DNA of 64,000 nucleotides from a virus (Duplodnaviria; Heunggongvirae; Uroviricota; Caudoviricetes): IMG/VR virus record IMGVR_UViG_2850808358_000005; one strand, 5' to 3'. Shown piece by piece: positions 61,255 to 64,000 of this stretch (position 1 is its first letter; each line of letters starts with the position of its first letter). The notes under the pieces were generated by a model. It saw only the letters and a program-made list of their open reading frames with translations, ran no database searches and was not told where the DNA came from. The position numbers and the translations under genes were made by a program.

Positions 61255-61608
61255 CACCTCGGCATCGATACCTCACGGGATAACAGTGAATTATTTGCCA
61301 ACGACGGTACACCGACATGGCTAAAAGAAAAGCGTGCAAAAGAAATCGCACTTGATGAAATTATCGAGTTGCTCAACAAGCACCATGGGGGCACCAGTAA
61401 CGACGCCAAACGCGCAAAAGCTGATTTGCTGGAAAAAACATTCACCTCCCGCTCATGGGAAAGAATCAAAGGTATGGACTGGCCGACAATCAAAGCTGGT
61501 CGTAATGCACTATGGATTGAACTGGAAGGCGTTGAATATGCATTCCCGGATCCACAAACACAAAACGAAACGCAACAAGCAGGATACGATGAGAATATTC
61601 CGGTGTAA
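61255..61608 (+). pseudogene. 3' fragment of the phage P-loop ATPase gene (prophage 2)
   Basis: Aligns with 31301..31654 of prophage 1; 5' part absent. Confidence 0.55.
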
Positions 61609-61647
61609 AACCAAGTGCATTTTTGGAAAATATTAATGGAGGTGTTC

Positions 61648-61836
61648 ATGTATAAAATTACAGCCACTATTGAAAAGGAAGGTGGTTCTCCTGCCAGCTG
61701 GACAAGATACTCAAAGACAAAACTAACGAAATCAGAATGCGAAAAAATGCTCTCAGGGGAAAAAGAAGCAGGCGTTTCCAGAGAGCAGAAAGTAAAACTG
61801 ATAAATTTTAATTGCGAGAAACTTCAGTCCTCGTGA
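61648..61836 (+). CDS. hypothetical small protein
   Basis: Homolog of 31694..31858 with a different C-terminus caused by an A6/A7 run difference. Confidence 0.25.
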   Translation: MYKITATIEKEGGSPASWTRYSKTKLTKSECEKMLSGEKEAGVSREQKVKLINFNCEKLQSS

Positions 61837-61927
61837 ATTTCATTATATCCAGATTAGAACTTCATAGCTGATTATTAAAAATCAACCACACCCGCCAGTA
61901 TTCTGTATATTTACTGGCGGTCATATC

Positions 61928-62146
61928 GTGAGAGGTATGGCAATGAATCTTGTGACACTCAAAACGTGGGGAAAACTCAGATATCCGGATACCCCACCAT
62001 CAATATCAACGCTGAGACGATGGGCAAGGAATGGAAACATTTATCCTGCACCTGAACTACACGGGAGGAGTTACAGGGTGGTTCCGGAGGCTTTCTATAT
62101 CAACCCAAATAAGGTTGATACCGATATAAACACACCATCAGCCTAA
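61928..62146 (+). CDS. xis: excisionase (Xis-like), prophage 2
   Basis: Near-identical to the prophage-1 xis N-terminal region. Confidence 0.5.
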   Translation: MRGMAMNLVTLKTWGKLRYPDTPPSISTLRRWARNGNIYPAPELHGRSYRVVPEAFYINPNKVDTDINTPSA

Positions 62147-62190
62147 TGGGCGACAAGGGAGAGACAGTCCGTTAATGGAGAAGTTAAAAC

Positions 62191-63266
62191 ATGCAGCGGA
62201 AAAAATACGATCCCAATTTGCCTAGAAACTTAACATATCGAAGGAGAGACAAAGCATATTACTGGCGCAACCCTCTGACGAAAGAAGAATTTACACTAGG
62301 TAAAATTTCAAGAAGAGATGCAGTAGCGCAGGCAATTGAAGCAAATCATTATATATACAAAAACTACTCTCCTGCTGCCCTAATTGAAAAGCTTAAAGGG
62401 TCGACTCATTTACTATGGCAGACTGGATTGAACGTTACAAAACGATTCTTATAAGGAGAAAAGCGTCCAGAAATACTTATAAAACTCGGGTAAATCAACT
62501 GGAGACAATAAAAGAAAAATTAGGAGGGGTTTTACTGACAGAAATAACCACTCGCCATATCGCCGAGTTTCTTGATTTGTGGATTGAAGGAGGGAAAAAC
62601 ACGATGGCAGGATCAATGCGTTCTGTGTTATCTGATATGTTCCGCGAAGCCATTGTTGAAGGACGTATATCTCAAAATCCAGTAACGCCAACAATAGCAC
62701 CGAAAATAGTAGTTACAAGAGAACGGCTGAAACTAAAGACATACAACTGCATCAGGGAGGCAGCAGATCAACTTCCGGCATGGTTCCCATTAGCTATGGA
62801 CTTAGCCCTTGTAACAGGACAACGTCGCGAAGACATAACGAATATGCGGTTCAGTGATATTTATGATGATCGTCTCCACATCAGGCAAATTAAGACAGGA
62901 ATGATGATTGCTATCCCCCTGTCACTCAGCCTTCCTGTCGCTGGTTTACGACTTGGTGCAGTAGTTAAACAGTGCCGCATGGTAAGTAGGGGGGATTATC
63001 TAATCAGTGCCGGGATTAGAAAAAACAGCCCTGACGGCAGCATTCACCCGGACGGCCTGACAAAGAAATTTGTCGCAGCCAGAAAATTAACAGGTATCCT
63101 GTTCAGTGAAAACCCACCAACTTTTCACGAAATCAGAAGCCTGGCTGGACGATTGTACAAAGAAATATGTGGAGAAGAATTTGCTCAGCGTCTACTTGGC
63201 CACACATCGGAGAAGACAACAAAAATGTATCTTGATGAGAGAGAAAAAACGTACTTACTGCTCTGA
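62191..63266 (+). pseudogene. int: tyrosine integrase, frameshifted
   Basis: Split into 62191..62454 and 62415..63266; single T missing around 62400 (AAAGGGTCGACT versus AAAGGGTTCGACT in prophage 1). Confidence 0.75.
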
Positions 63267-63423
63267 TTTTAACGTAAATGGATTGTTAAATGTATTTTGG
63301 TTGTGATATAACCAAAAAAGACCGGAATACAGAAATTCGAGTAAATTTCGGGGAATTTCGGGGAAGCATTTGTAACTAATTGATTTCAAATGCAATTAAA
63401 AAAAGACCGAATACGATTCCTGT
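63267..63423. other. prophage attL (int-proximal arm and core) at the chromosome junction
   Basis: Near-identical to 33314..33474; identity ends inside the sdsR terminator hairpin. Confidence 0.5.
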
Positions 63424-63500
63424 ATTCGGTCCAGGGAAATGGCTCTTGGGAGAGAGCCGTGCGCTAAAAGTTGGCATTAATGCAGGCTTAGTTGCCTTGC
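63398..63500 (-). ncRNA. sdsR: small RNA SdsR/RyeB (putative); 3' terminator half supplied by the prophage
   Basis: Minus strand GCAAGGCAACUAAGCCUGCAUUAAUGCC...GGACCGAAUACAGGAAUCGUAUUCGGUC plus U7; adjacent to the yebY-like gene; identification from memory of the locus. Confidence 0.45.
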
Positions 63501-63658
63501 CCTTTAAGAATAGATGACGACGCCAGGTTTTCCAGTTTGCGTGCAAAATGGTCAATAAAAAGCGCGGTGGTCATCAGCTTAAATGTTAAAAACCGCCCGT
63601 TCTGGTGAAAGAACTGAGGCGGTTTTTTTATTGGAAATCAAAAGGCTATTTTAGGTAA

Positions 63659-64000
63659 TTAACAGAGTTTTTCAGCTCGTTCTATAAACGGTGCCAGACT
63701 CATTTTTTCGCCGGGATTGTTAGGATCATCAATCTGAATCACCGAAATGGGTTGGGTATTGGTCTTCCCACTGGCCACTTCCTTTTGTGCGATATCGTTT
63801 AAAGGATACTGCACGAGGGTACTCGGATTAATAACATACAAAGCATTACCCGGTCGGCAAGTCAGCATCACCTCTTCGCGGTTAAATGCCCATTTGTCTT
63901 TACCCACTTCAAAACGACTGACGGTAATCACCTGCGGTGCAGCCAGCGCCGCTGCAGAACTGGTGAGTAACAGAAACGCCAGAATACTTTTTTTCATCAT
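63659..64000 (-). CDS. yebY: YebY-like secreted protein (DUF2511), chromosomal
   Basis: 113 aa with signal peptide [20 protein letters not shown]; matches my recollection of E. coli YebY. Confidence 0.55.
   Translation of the reverse strand: MMKKSILAFLLLTSSAAALAAPQVITVSRFEVGKDKWAFNREEVMLTCRPGNALYVINPSTLVQYPLNDIAQKEVASGKTNTQPISVIQIDDPNNPGEKMSLAPFIERAEKLC

Overview
This 64-kb window reads as an Escherichia/Shigella chromosome segment (an ipaH gene plus IS600, IS4 and other IS remnants point to Shigella) made up almost entirely of two related lambdoid, Rac-like prophages lying in tandem next to the sdsR(ryeB)-yebY locus at the right edge. Prophage 1 (window start to ~33474, continuing past the left edge) looks largely intact: tail tape measure, tube and sheath-like genes, head module, portal, terminase, a DedA-like moron, the Rz/Rz1-R-S lysis cassette, four phage tRNAs (Gly-UCC, Thr-UGU, Arg-UCU, Ile-CAU), a tR'-like terminator, Q, YbcO, DUF1367, hok, a QueH homolog, YdaV/YdaU/YdaT/YdaS-like replication and immunity genes, a cI-like repressor, YdaF-like genes, a Phd/ParE-type toxin-antitoxin pair, Rha, a RecE-like protein, an ATPase gene split by IS600, xis and a lambda-type integrase. 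Prophage 2 (~33475..63423) is degraded: an ipaH effector gene with a MxiE box sits at its att-proximal end, followed by IS600-disrupted tail-fiber genes, a head/tail structural block interrupted by IS4, a truncated IS110-family transposase fused to a trkG pseudogene, a second copy of the lysis cassette, tRNAs and Q region, a second hok, an IS10-like remnant, a fourth IS600 copy and a frameshifted integrase abutting the 3' end of sdsR. All calls rest on reading the sequence and the supplied ORF translations against remembered protein families; no database search was run, so family names are recollection-based and start codons are approximate. I could not identify one clear novel system; the most plausible candidates are uncharacterised small-gene clusters (23780..24250 with the structured non-coding region after it, 26459..27117, and the acidic operon at 58572..59438).
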